Below, in pieces: positions 51,617 to 64,000 of a DNA stretch of 64,000 nucleotides (within the stretch, counting starts at the first letter, position 1; every line of letters starts with the position of its first letter). Position numbers and translations under genes: made by a program. Origin of the DNA: Octopus bimaculoides (Eukaryota); contig NC_068989.1 in NCBI RefSeq assembly GCF_001194135.2, forward strand, positions 95,005,249 to 95,069,248, written 5' to 3'. The notes below the pieces were generated by a model that saw nothing but the letters and a program-made list of their open reading frames with translations, was not told the origin of the DNA and did no database searches.

Positions 51617-51684
51617 CATCTATACACATGCATAGATACGCATACGCTAGCATAAGTTCACGCACGTACATATAGCTATTTATA

Positions 51685-51885
51685 CATACGAACAGAACAA
51701 GATGATCTATTAGCTATAATGTCGATTTTAAAGCGAAACCGATTAAAAGTCACTAACACTGATTGTTTCTTAAGTAAAGCACTGAATCTTCCTCTCTTCT
51801 TTCGTTCTAGAAGCTGTGCTGTGTGACAGCAGTAAATCTAATTGGAAAGTAGCTTCTTACGTGCAATAATTATTTTGAATTACAC
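51685..51885 (+). repeat. diverged direct repeat, partner at 49342-49545
   Basis: See partner. Confidence 0.65.
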
Positions 51886-52256
51886 CAATTCGAAGACACT
51901 AAAATCCTGTTTATCAATATTATAGATAATAAAATACATCGCAGAAGCTTTTTAACTGTCTCTATATTATTGCATCTGTCAATCAGTTCCTTAGCGTTAT
52001 TCGAGGCACTAAAGGTGTTTTATTGTAGAAATCAACATACAGGATTTCTACATTTCTGACAAATAACATGCATAGATATATGAACGCAGAGATAGCTGAG
52101 CGGATACTACATATCTATGTGGTTTCAGGTTGGCACCCACTGTGTACCTTCTTGACCATGTACCTTCTATTGTATTTCCACATTGTTTAGTGTTTGGGAA
52201 GTAAAATATGGTAGACACATAGATATATGTAGTGGCGGCGTTGTGTATGGCGCTGT

Positions 52257-52330
52257 GTATAAATACATAGAGAGGCGGATACATAAATACATAGAGAGAC
52301 GGATACATAAATGCATAGAGAGACGGATAC
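52257..52330. repeat. 24-bp tandem repeat x3 (ATAAATACATAGAGAGACGGATAC)
   Basis: Direct periodicity. Confidence 0.9.
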
Positions 52331-52937
52331 AGGTGTGTGTGCTTCAATGTACCGCTGTAAATAGACGTGAATCCTCAAACTTATTTACATCAGTCACAGG
52401 AAGCAACTCTTTAACAGATGAAAGTGAGCCGCCAGTTAAATCAATCATTCAGTAAATAGCCATCGATAAGAACTTGGCGTCGATATAATTAATTAATCTT
52501 AAACCTTGGAGTTCGTCTCTTATCATGGCTGCTCACCAGTGACCAAAAGCAGCAAAAATATCTCGTGTAAAATTACTGAAATAACTTGAATTTCATTTCC
52601 AGAAAACAAGTTTTATTCTTACTTTTATATCCAACTTATAAAACTCGGACTGGCTTGAGATATAAAAAATGAAGACTTCACAGACGAGCAAATTCTATGC
52701 TTTTTACTTGATCTCCAGATAGTAATTGTTGTTGCTTTAGCTGTTGTTGTTGCTGCTGCTTGGCTCCTTGTCAATCTTGAACTTACAATCAACCGATTAG
52801 GCGTTCTTAATCCATTCGTGTCTTCTCTTCTCAGCCCTTATGTTGTGTCCAGCTCTCGAGCTATGCGCCATACCTAGTCCTTCCTGCTCACAATGCCATC
52901 CCTCTGGAATTTCTTCCCTGTACCTCTCTTTCCTTCC

Positions 52938-53228
52938 GAGAAGGTGCGCGGCAGGGTGGTTAACGTATTCGAGTCATGATCGTGTCCTTCAGGAACACGT
53001 TTTATTTTACATTGTTCCATTTCACTCAACTGGAAAAAAATGAGTCGTACATGTAATTCAAAAGGCCAGCCTTGTCACATTTTGTTTCTGGCTGAATCTC
53101 CCTGAGAACTACGTTAAGAGTACGCTTGTATGTGGAGTATTCAGCCACTTACATGTTAATTACACGAGGTGGCTGTTCCGTTGGTCGGATCAACTGAAAG
53201 CGTCGATGTCAGAAACGATGGAGTACCA
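52938..53228 (+). mobile_element. SINE family C, head partly deleted
   Basis: GGTGGTTAACGTATTCG..GTGTCCTT..GCCAGCCTTGTCAC..CTGAGAACTACGTTAAG..GTCGGATCAACTG. Confidence 0.85.
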
Positions 53229-53544
53229 TCTCTTCAGTTGTTGACTTGCAAAATTTCAAGAGGGATATTAATGGCTTTAATCTCACTGAACTGTGAGACA
53301 GTGGATATTATGGTCAGTTTCCCTTTCTTCGTACCCAACAAATAATAGGATATCCTTGTTTTCAAGACGTTACAGTTAAAGGGTGGCAGACTAAGGTCTC
53401 TTATTTTCCGTCAAGCAGACTGTTGTCTATTGCGAAAACCTTTTAAAGATCCCTCGTTGACCCTTAGGAGATACTGGAGATGTAATTCTACTAATCTTAT
53501 AAATCTGTATTGGAGTATGTGCTATCAGGATGGAAAATAGGCCT

Positions 53545-53735
53545 CCAGGCCAACACTTGATTTCCTAGAAAGCACATCAGCCAAATTTCTCTCAAATCAC
53601 GCACTTCACTTTGGGAAGGAAAAAAACCAGAAATATTGAACAACGTGATACTAGGTACACTGTATCATGGAAAAAATGCTAGGAAAGTCAAGGCCGGAAC
53701 GTCTTTAACTATACATCACCTGGATCCAGGGGGAA
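53545..53735 (+). mobile_element. fragment of another short interspersed repeat (related stub at ~3945-4000)
   Basis: CAGCCAAATTTCTCTCAAATCAC shared with CAGCCAAATTCCCCTTAACTC at ~3979. Confidence 0.4.
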
Positions 53736-54832
53736 TTAACATACACGATAATACATATTTGATTGTATTTAGTTAAATAACCTCTTTTCTCTGCTGCCAT
53801 TTTTATCGCTCTACAGAGAATATCTATATTACACAATTTGGAGTTACATGTATATGTGTGTGGGGGGGGGGAGGTTGTTTGGGTAATTGGGTGGCTGGGT
53901 AGTTGGTTGGGTATGTGATGAGATATGAAGAAGAGAAATGGCTACTGGATTTTTTTTTCCTTATAAAACAAGGCATTATCTCTGATATTTTTAAATAAAT
54001 GTTTAAACTTTCAGTGACTATGTATAGTTAGAAGCCTGTGAAAATAGTTGCAATATTGGGAATTACATGGAGTAAAGCATACATATAAAATAAGTATAAA
54101 ATATTTTATTCCTTGTAATTTCCCAATCTTCATCCCTAAATACAAACTTCATTTTTTTTCAACCGACTTCCTACTAAATCATACTTTTTTATATTTCTTT
54201 AATTTCCTTTTGTGTTCTTCTGTTTCCTTCAACATATTGCAAATATAATGCTTCACCATATTTTTTTTCTTTCCTTTTTTTTCCTACGAGATAAGCTGGT
54301 GGTTTTCGAGTGAGAGATTATTTCTAATGTATATCATTCTAGCAACATGCAATCGTGGTGTGATTGATGGAATTAGCAGTGGCAGTTTACTTGCAAAACT
54401 AGTGGTTTCCATCGAGAATGCGCTATTAGATCCATGGTGAAAGACGCATCTTTCAGGTTAATGCATAAATTACAGGCTGCAATTCTGAAATCAATCGCCA
54501 AAATGGAAAGAGAGGTCTATGCGTCGTCGTTTGTGTTTATGCACACATCCATCCAGCCAACCAGCCAACCAGCCAGTCACCACAGACGCACACATGCACT
54601 CGCCCGCGTTAACCTGCCTACACAAAGCACACATACATAGAATATAATACACATACGCACACATATATATTTATGCATATATACATATGCATGTGTTATA
54701 TATAAATATGTCTATATACATGTGTATATATATATAATATATATCTTATATACATAAATGAGTATGTGTGACAGAACAGAGAGCGGATATTTATATATAC
54801 ATATATTGTTTGTGAGTGTATGTATATATATA

Positions 54833-55486
54833 NNNNNNNNNNNNNNNNNNNNNNNNNNNNNNNNNNNNNNNNNNNNNNNNNNNNNNNNNNNNNNNNNNNN
54901 NNNNNNNNNNNNNNNNNNNNNNNNNNNNNNNNNNNNNNNNNNNNNNNNNNNNNNNNNNNNNNNNNNNNNNNNNNNNNNNNNNNNNNNNNNNNNNNNNNNN
55001 NNNNNNNNNNNNNNNNNNNNNNNNNNNNNNNNNNNNNNNNNNNNNNNNNNNNNNNNNNNNNNNNNNNNNNNNNNNNNNNNNNNNNNNNNNNNNNNNNNNN
55101 NNNNNNNNNNNNNNNNNNNNNNNNNNNNNNNNNNNNNNNNNNNNNNNNNNNNNNNNNNNNNNNNNNNNNNNNNNNNNNNNNNNNNNNNNNNNNNNNNNNN
55201 NNNNNNNNNNNNNNNNNNNNNNNNNNNNNNNNNNNNNNNNNNNNNNNNNNNNNNNNNNNNNNNNNNNNNNNNNNNNNNNNNNNNNNNNNNNNNNNNNNNN
55301 NNNNNNNNNNNNNNNNNNNNNNNNNNNNNNNNNNNNNNNNNNNNNNNNNNNNNNNNNNNNNNNNNNNNNNNNNNNNNNNNNNNNNNNNNNNNNNNNNNNN
55401 NNNNNNNNNNNNNNNNNNNNNNNNNNNNNNNNNNNNNNNNNNNNNNNNNNNNNNNNNNNNNNNNNNNNNNNNNNNNNNNNNNNNNN
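54833..55486. other. assembly gap
   Basis: N run between (TA)n and (CA)n. Confidence 0.99.
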
Positions 55487-55556
<70 letters not shown>

Positions 55557-56552
55557 TACGTATTCTTACTTCTGTATCAATTGATGTTCCTCAGGAAAAA
55601 GTCTCGATAACGGCACCCATTCCAATTTACGTTCAAGGTTATACATTAGGAAATTTTTATCTCGGTGATTGCTCTTTGCAGCCATGCATAAAAACTGCAA
55701 ATTGCATGCTATATTGCAGTGGTGTTTCGTCAAACGGATAAATTCAAGCAATGTGCTCAAAGAAAACTTTGTACAGAAGTTTCTATTATTTTTTTTTTCT
55801 CCATGTGTTTTCGTAGAGAATAATAGCTATATCAATACTATATAGAGCTCTACTGAAGTGAAACGATGTAACAGGGAAGCGAAATCATACAGTTGATGTT
55901 TCGGTTGAAAACGCACAGATGTTTTATAGCATGTATGATACATGGTTAAAAAACGGAGGCAACAGAGTTTTAACTGCTCGCAATTTTTGTCAGTGCAGCT
56001 TAATAATAACCGTTGTATGTAATTTAAAGTTTCGTATTTGTAGTCGTAGCCATGGTGACAAACATATCTCATTTGCAGAGGTACCACAAAAATATTTCCT
56101 AGCCGTGTACTAAATTCACTAACGAGTCTCTCTCTCAACTGCTAAATTCACTAACGAGGATCTTTGCTTTCAATGCATTCTTGTAGAACCGTTTTTGTTT
56201 TGCCAGTCGACAGGTTATCTTTGTGTATCATCAGCGATAGAGGCAGGTCTCGATGTAAAGACGACAGAGGTCGTTTTAAGTCTCTGGAAAGGCCCTTAAA
56301 GAGCCCTTAAAGAGCCTAACTCTATACGTTTGTGTGTTTACAAGGCTAGTTTCATTGAGCACCAAATGTTACGAACATTTATCCGTTATACAATATATTC
56401 TCTGTAATTTAGTCAAACTTACAAATTATATGTTTTTTGTGTGAATATACATACACACAAAGCTAGTGATTTATTCCCTTGCTACGTAAAGTTTGATCTG
56501 GTTTTTCAGGTAACAACTCTGTCTATGTGTGGTGTGTGGTGTGTGTGTGTGT

Positions 56553-56618
<66 letters not shown>

Positions 56619-57676
56619 TACTGTGTACATCCATTCATGAGAAGTTCTTAATCTAACTTGAACACAGGTTTCGTAGAATGGCCAATCCCCTCACACGGCA
56701 TGTGTAAAGACTACACTTGATTCAAGAGATGCCAATGGCTTATCACACACCGGCGTTTCGAAGTGGTATACTCGGTGATAGACACCACCAGATCTTTTGA
56801 AGCCAATTGAGAACAGCTGTTCTTATCTATACAAATCAGTGAGCAAAACATTTGCAGATGCGCGCAAAGTCGTGCCAAAATGAGATTGAAATAATTCAGG
56901 CAAGCAAAACATCGGATATTGAAACAACAATGCGTACATCTATTCATAACAGTTGCTTTTTTATTTATCTTTAAAGGACCGACTGGTACTCCTCACTGAG
57001 AGGGCGAAATCACACCGAATCAACGGTTTCTGATTGTCCCCTAAAGTCACTCGAAATGAGTCTAGATTTGCTGCGAGTGATATTAGTGGACAATCTCATG
57101 AATGGATGTACACAGAATGTATGTAAGAGGAAGTAATACTTAGAGACGGAATCCAGGAGCGAAAAATAGATATTCCCATTTAAGTATGCAAAGCGTCTCA
57201 ATAAGGGATGTTTGCAATCTTTATTTTGATTCTCGCTATTTTATGACACTATAATAGTTTATGTGTGTATGAGTGTGCATTTTTAATTTATATATGTGTT
57301 AGTGTCTACGTGTGTACGATAGCCTATGTGTGCATGAGTGTGTGCATGCATATTTATGTGTCTGCACATCTATCTACACACACACTCGCACAAATCTGTT
57401 TTGATCCATACATTGTGTTGAGTACCCTTCTTCCGTTTGTCCCCTCACACGTGTGTATATATATATTATATGTATACATACATACATATATACATATATA
57501 TATACATATACATATAGATATATCCGAGTTCGTTGGAACACGAGGTGTGTTGTTCAAAATACCGCGTGATATTTGGATTACGTTCTTAATGTTCTGCTGA
57601 GGCCATCTTACACCCATGTTTAAGTTCTTTTACTTTTCCCGAAATCATTGAAATAGCTCAGTGACAAAGTATACAC

Positions 57677-57720
<44 letters not shown>

Positions 57721-57904
57721 NNNNNNNNNNNNNNNNNNNNNNNNNNNNNNNNNNNNNNNNNNNNNNNNNNNNNNNNNNNNNNNNNNNNNNNNNNNNNNNN
57801 NNNNNNNNNNNNNNNNNNNNNNNNNNNNNNNNNNNNNNNNNNNNNNNNNNNNNNNNNNNNNNNNNNNNNNNNNNNNNNNNNNNNNNNNNNNNNNNNNNNN
57901 NNNN
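57721..57904. other. assembly gap
   Basis: N run between (TA)n and (TG)n. Confidence 0.99.
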
Positions 57905-57959
<55 letters not shown>

Positions 57960-57962
57960 CTA

Positions 57963-58285
57963 TGTATATACGTCGGCCTTTTTAAGTTTCCGTGAATCAA
58001 ATCCAATCACATGGCTTTGGTCGGCCCGGGACAATAGCAGAAGACACTAGTCACCGGCACCATACTATGAGACTGATCCCGGAATCACGTGTTTGGGAAA
58101 CAAATTTTTTACTGCACAGTCGTCTTCAACCGGTTTTCACACTCTTTCTGCCAAACAATTCTACTCGCACCGTAGTGTTACACCCTAGACTATAGTCGAA
58201 GACACATGCCCCAGATACAACGCAGTGGGACTGAACCCGAAACCGTACGGTTGCAAAGTGACCACCTTAACTACACAGCTCTGCT
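57963..58285 (-). mobile_element. SINE family A head fragments (57963-58050 and 58185-58285)
   Basis: GGCTTTGGTCGGCCCGGG..AGAAGACAC; GCAGTGGGACTGAACCCG..CTTAACTACACAGC. Confidence 0.8.
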
Positions 58286-61194
58286 TGCTCATCACAGAGA
58301 GTTAAACCTGATAAGCCATTCATATCTGTACAAGGTCTTAAATTACAAGCTTACTAAAGACATGTATAATCATAGAACCTATTTAAATGTAGGTGAACTG
58401 GGTTTGTAATATCTAAATGTCGTATTTTCTATGTTGTTGTTGTTGTTTTTGTGTGTGCAGAACGATGCCAATCTTTTGGTGTTGGAACCCCACGCTTTAT
58501 CTATCTCCCCTGTCAGTTGCAGTACCATATATTCGGAAACTTATATTTGATATAAAAGGAGCGAAACTGATCAATATCGTATAAAAATATTTGAAATCAT
58601 ATCCATGCAGTGCTACTAGAAATGTGCTTTCCAATTGCCTTTGAACACGAAATTTTATAGTGGATCAAAAGTAAGCATATTAATTGGCAACTGGAAAGAT
58701 TATAGAATTAGAATAGAGGGAATATAGAGTAAATTCTGTTGCAACGCTCTTTCATATTTCGGTAGCAGTGTCGGTATAAACATATGTTATGTGCAACTGA
58801 AATATGAGCGAAATTTATGCGGTATTCGGCATCTTCCAAATGGAAAATTATGCGGCCACATTCCCTATTACTCCATGCTGTGTAGTAATATCTTGCCAAT
58901 TTGGATAACCTTTAAAGCTGGTTTGTGATCTATATCTTAGACATTTATTCCTTTCGACAGTTCTTTTGTATTATCTACGTAAATGTACGCTTCAAATATT
59001 TTAGATCACTCGTCCTTTTAGTTAATCTACATGCAACATCACTATAACTCCTTATTCATCCTATCCATGGATTAGCAATCGCAATTATTACGGCTTCTTG
59101 TTAGTTTTATTTCGATAATATTTTATATTGATTTCCAATAACATTTATTTTAACCATAAAAATTAAGATTTATATCATGTCCAATTAATTTTAACTGTAA
59201 ACTTCTTATTAATATAAATAATGCTTTAATTTGTTTATAGCAATAATATTGCAGTTCTTTATTTTATCAATAAATATTCGCTGAAACTTTTGAAAAATTC
59301 TCTTCATATCTGGCATTACGACAGTGCTGCATTTTAAAACATTCCGTTATTTACAGCTTCTTCTTACATCGGTATGGTTTATGTGACTAGCATCAACCTC
59401 GAATAATTGTTAAAGGGACAGGTTAAATATAGAGATTGCAATTAGTAGAGTTACATTGCAGCTTGCTGTATAACTAATTAAATATACAGTCACTCAGCCA
59501 TTTCGGCAGCTGGTAATGGAGAATTCAAATCACTGGTTTCAGTTCTTGTTGCAAAAACTGTATCTGACTGAGAAACCATCGACTTCTCGATCTGTTACAA
59601 TTTTGTTTATGTTTTAGTCCCCACCCACAACATTATGTTGACACCTCGAAAGTGAGAAGAGGACTAATCTTCATGAACAGTGCAGACATAAATGTGATTC
59701 GGATCGGTCATCATCCCAAACTGCTGCAAAAGCATTCGGGGATATAATTTCACAAGAACTTGGTGAGATATAAAGGTGAAATCAAATATGATAACGGCAG
59801 CCAATTTAGCAAATTTATAATGCAGAATAGGATAATTATCTCAACTGATGTTTAATGTGTACGTAAGCAATAAAAGACATTTAGAAAGAAATGTAATTAA
59901 AATTGAAATAGTATTTTTATTTATTTATCGCAAGTATGTTATTCAGTATATCACTACTTCTAAATTAATATTCTTTTCGTGGAAAGTGGAAATCTAAGAC
60001 ATATTTTAATACTTTTTTTCAACCAACAAATATAAACTATGCCGGTCAAACTGTGACGTAATATTGATTTCTTTGGGTTGGTCAGGATAAAGTATTTTGA
60101 ATCGAGTCCTCTCAATAATAACTGTTTATTTCACTGACTTAAAAAGCAATAAAGATAAACTTCACTTATTAGATGGAAATACGAGAATTTTACATCCTCT
60201 TGCGGGGACATTAGTGTGGTACTTCAAATAAAGTACGTTTAACTTGGAATATATGTCATTGTAGGGCTTAAACTCCTTAATCATTTATCTCTATTCAATT
60301 CTATGGAATTTTCAGACTTCTATCAATAAAAACAGATATTACCAAATTTATGTCTGTTCTTAAACATTTGTGAGTAACATAATGGTTGTTACATCTGTAT
60401 TCAAGCAACAACTTATGAAATTTCTTTAATTATAATTTTAGTTATTTATAGATTATTGATGTTTTTAATTAGTAAACGTAATGTCGAAGGTTAAAAGTCG
60501 GTGGTGCACTAAAAATATTGGATTTAATGTACTTTGCTGTTAAAGATAACTTTTCAGAGCGAAAGCTGTCCTGTCGAAAGGCTGTGATGGATTACATCAT
60601 GGGTTTTCGGGTCGTAATCGTTGCTAGCGTTTTGAAAATGTTTACAATTTCACACCATTTGGCGTGCTTTCAATAAGTTGTTCGATCAAAAAGAAAATAG
60701 ATAAATAAATAAATAAGAATAAAATGTAACAACATTCTACTTGAGGTATTTTGAAAGATCTTACAAAGTATAATTAGATGTTCAAGATATTTCCCCTTGC
60801 CTTCACCAATAGTCAACATGTTAAATTATGTATCGAATAAAGGAGATGTGAACCAGTAGGTTGATGACTAAAAGCGTGAGTGATTAGGTTTTAAAATGCA
60901 TCACTGTCATAATGCAAAATATCTTGTGAAAATTTTGATCAGGTAAAAATTGCATTTGAGTTCCGTATTTAAATATTGTCTCGAGCAAAACACTAAACTC
61001 CATCCAGTGGTTAGGCTTTAGTGCGGAAACTCATGCGTTGTAGGGAGTTTGGAGTTACTCCTTAGTAACTAATACTCCTAGTTTCAATCTATCCTAGTTT
61101 GCTAGTACATGTTAAGGGCTCCAATTATGAGTCTTACAGCGGAAGAGAGTGTTGTGGCTAAGGTATGCATGACTTCGAGGAGGGCGTAATATGT

Positions 61195-62395
61195 GAAGAA
61201 ACTGTCCAGCATTGGAGTCCGTGGAAAGCTGCTGCAGTGGATAAAGCGTTTCCTGACGAACAGAACCCAACTTGTTGTGTTTGAGGGAATACGATCCAAC
61301 TCAGCCAAAGTTAGTAGTGGTGTCCCACAAGGCACTGTGTTGGGCCCACTCCTCTTCATTATTTTAATCAATGACATAGTAGACGTCATCAAACATTCTA
61401 CATTGAAAATCTTTGCAGATGATTCCAAACTCCAGAAAGCCATAAGTGGTATGGGAGACCGAACATGCCTTCAGTCGGATCTCTTTGCTGTTGTCCAATG
61501 GGCGGAAAAAATACAATATGCTTCTAAATGAAGATAAGTTTCATTTGATCCACTTTAGAAAAGAGGAAACTTTGAAATTACCATATGCGCTTCCCTCGGG
61601 TGACTCCCTAGTGTCATCCAACAACACCAGATACCTTGGAGTAATTGTTTATAACAATCTAAGCTGGAGTTCCCATGTAAACAGCAAGATTGACTTGGCC
61701 CGCAAGATGTGCTCCTGGATTCTGAGAACTTTCCAGTCTGGAGATGCCTACACCATCATCTTTCTCTGCTCTTCTTTTGCCCGACCCCGCATTTGAGTAC
61801 TGTTGCTCACTGCGGTGCCCCCATACGAAGCAACTCATTATGAAAGTAGAAGCACTCCAGAGGTCCATAACAAGAAAGATAAATGGTATGAGAGGCATTG
61901 ATTATCGAGGTTGACTAAAAAAAAAACAATCTCTACTCTCCCCAATGCTGCCCGGAACACTACATCATTTGTGTGATGTGGAAAACATTACATCAATATT
62001 GCACAAATGATGTTGGCATCAATTTTAAAATCCATCCAAGACTCGGCCCCTGTGCTCTCTGCCCACTACAAACTCAGGACTAATAACAGCATTAACAGAC
62101 TCAGGACACATAACATTACGTCACAACTACTTTACCTCAACCGGACTAGCTCTCTTTAATACCATACCAAAATACGTCAAAACGGAAACGGATCCCGTAA
62201 AATTCGAAAGTTCACTGGACAAATTTCTTCAAAACATCCCAGACCAACCTCCTACACCCGTATATGTCTCCAACAATAAAAACTCATTGCTAGAGTAGTC
62301 CATGGCACCCCACATATACTAAAATACTTCACCAGATGGTGCTATTAAATTAGACATGGCCTGCGCCTATACTGGCCGAAACTCATCAAATTGAT
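61195..62395 (+). mobile_element. 5'-truncated CR1/L2-group LINE (RT domain 4 to 3' end), few lesions
   Basis: KLSSIGVRGKLLQWIKRFL..SGVPQGTVLGPLLFIILIND..KIFADDSKL..YLGVIVYNNLSWSSHV..FARP/EYC; frameshifts between ORFs 61193..61531 and 61446..61796. Confidence 0.92.
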
Positions 62396-62539
62396 CAAAG
62401 TAATAAATGAAATACCTTCATAATCACAAGCTATACAGGCCAGGAGTTATGTCATTTCACGTTAGACAAGTTTTTCCATCATGATTCAATGAGAAACGCA
62501 AACTCATATAGAATGTTTACTCAGGAAGAGGTCCAACAT

Positions 62540-62574
<35 letters not shown>

Positions 62575-62992
62575 ACTGTTTCTCTTTTAAATAATATATT
62601 TTTATTAAAAAAATAATTCTGACATCTCGCCAACAACACGCTGTTTGTAAAATATCGAATAATTTCGATTTATCTTAATCAGCTGAAAGGAATGTCACCG
62701 TGTGACCTTTTCACACTCTTCTTCAATCAGATAACTGTAAAAAGCTTACACATATACAGTGTACACACAAACGCAAACACATACATATATGAATGTATAC
62801 ACACACACACACATATATGAGTGTATGTAGACCTATATTCATTTATAATCATATATATTTCTACATATGAGCGTGCATGTGTGTGCGTATGTGCATGTGT
62901 GTGCGTATGTGTGTGTAGATAGAAACACATATACATTTATATACATCATCTAACACATTTTTCCTTATTATATATTCTGACTTCACTTATAG

Positions 62993-63051
62993 GTGTTCAA
63001 GTTATGAGCACATGGTATTTATCCGTGCATTTCTTGGCGTTCTGCTGTAAA
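62993..63051 (+). other. candidate 59-nt spliced exon of an unidentified transcript
   Basis: CTGAC branch-like motif, pyrimidine-rich TATAG acceptor, donor AAA|GTAAGT; open as GVQVMSTWYLSVHFLAFCCK. No homology recognised. Confidence 0.3.
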
Positions 63052-63955
63052 GTAAGTGTTTGTGCTTAAAGCGAAAAAAGTATTATGTCCCATAAATTAT
63101 GACTTATTGACCAGCCATCAACTGGCCTCATAACAATCAACCAACAAGCCAATGTTATAGGTGTGAACTGGAGATCAATATACCTTTAGCATTGCAGTCA
63201 CTGTTAATAAGTTTTGAAAGTGATTTAGCCGGTAATATCTCTGTGATATCGATTCAAAGTTAAGCACCGTCATTGGTTTCACAGCTTTCCCCAGAAAGTT
63301 ATCCTTTGATATGTTTTTCTCTCTCTCTCCCAAGCCTCGATTTAAGTAGATAGGGTCGTGTCAAAGTTCAGTTGGCATAAAAAAAGTGACAGGCGTTGGA
63401 CGTGAATGAATTTACTAGCTTAGGTGTTGTTCGGTGAGTTAGATCAGAAATCGATGTTTCGGAGATAATAAGCCTTTCGTGATCAGCACACAGTAGTACG
63501 TACACTGCCACCAACATTTAAAACTGTCCATTTGCTCGCATTGTGAATGCAGATTAATTTTTCTACGTTTTTTATTCTGCTGTTTCAATGTTCATCCAAG
63601 TATAATACAACAAATGTCATATATCTAATTTCATATTTCTGAGGAATTTCGCAATTTTAGATGTCAGTAGTTTGAATTTATAAGGAAAGGGAAATTAGTT
63701 CTGAAATGGAAACGGCAGAATCTCGCCAAGAAATATTACAGGAAACACAACAGCATTTGTTTTTGTTTTTGTTTTGTTTTGGTTTTTGGTCTTTTTTTTT
63801 ACCGTTTTATTCTTTGTGTTATTACTTCAAACTGCATCGGTCATTATATCTAGATTTTCTTCTCTTCTGCACATTTCTGATTCGCATTCTTCTTCGATTT
63901 TTACCTTCTCTGTCCTTCTTTGCATTCCATGATCTCTCATTGACAAATCCGTCAT

Positions 63956-64000
<45 letters not shown>

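Noticed and set aside
56976-57117. Plus-strand 142-nt open exon candidate
   Set aside because: One open frame is expected by chance; no homology or partner exon.

Overview
AT-rich eukaryotic (animal) DNA, almost certainly cephalopod (Octopus-like). This is inferred from the very dense (CA/TG)n, (TA)n and (GA)n microsatellites and several abundant tRNA-derived SINE families. Six N-gaps all abut simple repeats, as expected of a short-read assembly. I recognise no intact host gene, tRNA, rRNA or CRISPR array; the window reads as intron or intergenic DNA. It is full of transposon fossils: one near-full-length DD34D mariner (23606-24858), two other mariner fragments, a maT/DD37D-like fragment, a pogo-like trace, a near-perfect foldback MITE with a Kolobok-type CCT|TTAA end, and LINE remnants of CR1/L2-group, Dong/R4, RTE, CRE and possibly Hero type. 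The most notable signal is a ~190-bp Penelope-type repeat present three times, each ending at (TA)n and each carrying a minimal type I hammerhead ribozyme motif. The copy at 40853-40889 is fully intact and the copies show stem covariation. Other oddities are a 30-bp minisatellite with a hairpin in every unit, a duplicated module with one part inverted (15.6-16.1 kb), a nested palindrome (48.46-48.51 kb) and a few weak candidate exons. All family assignments are by eye from motifs; no database search was run.
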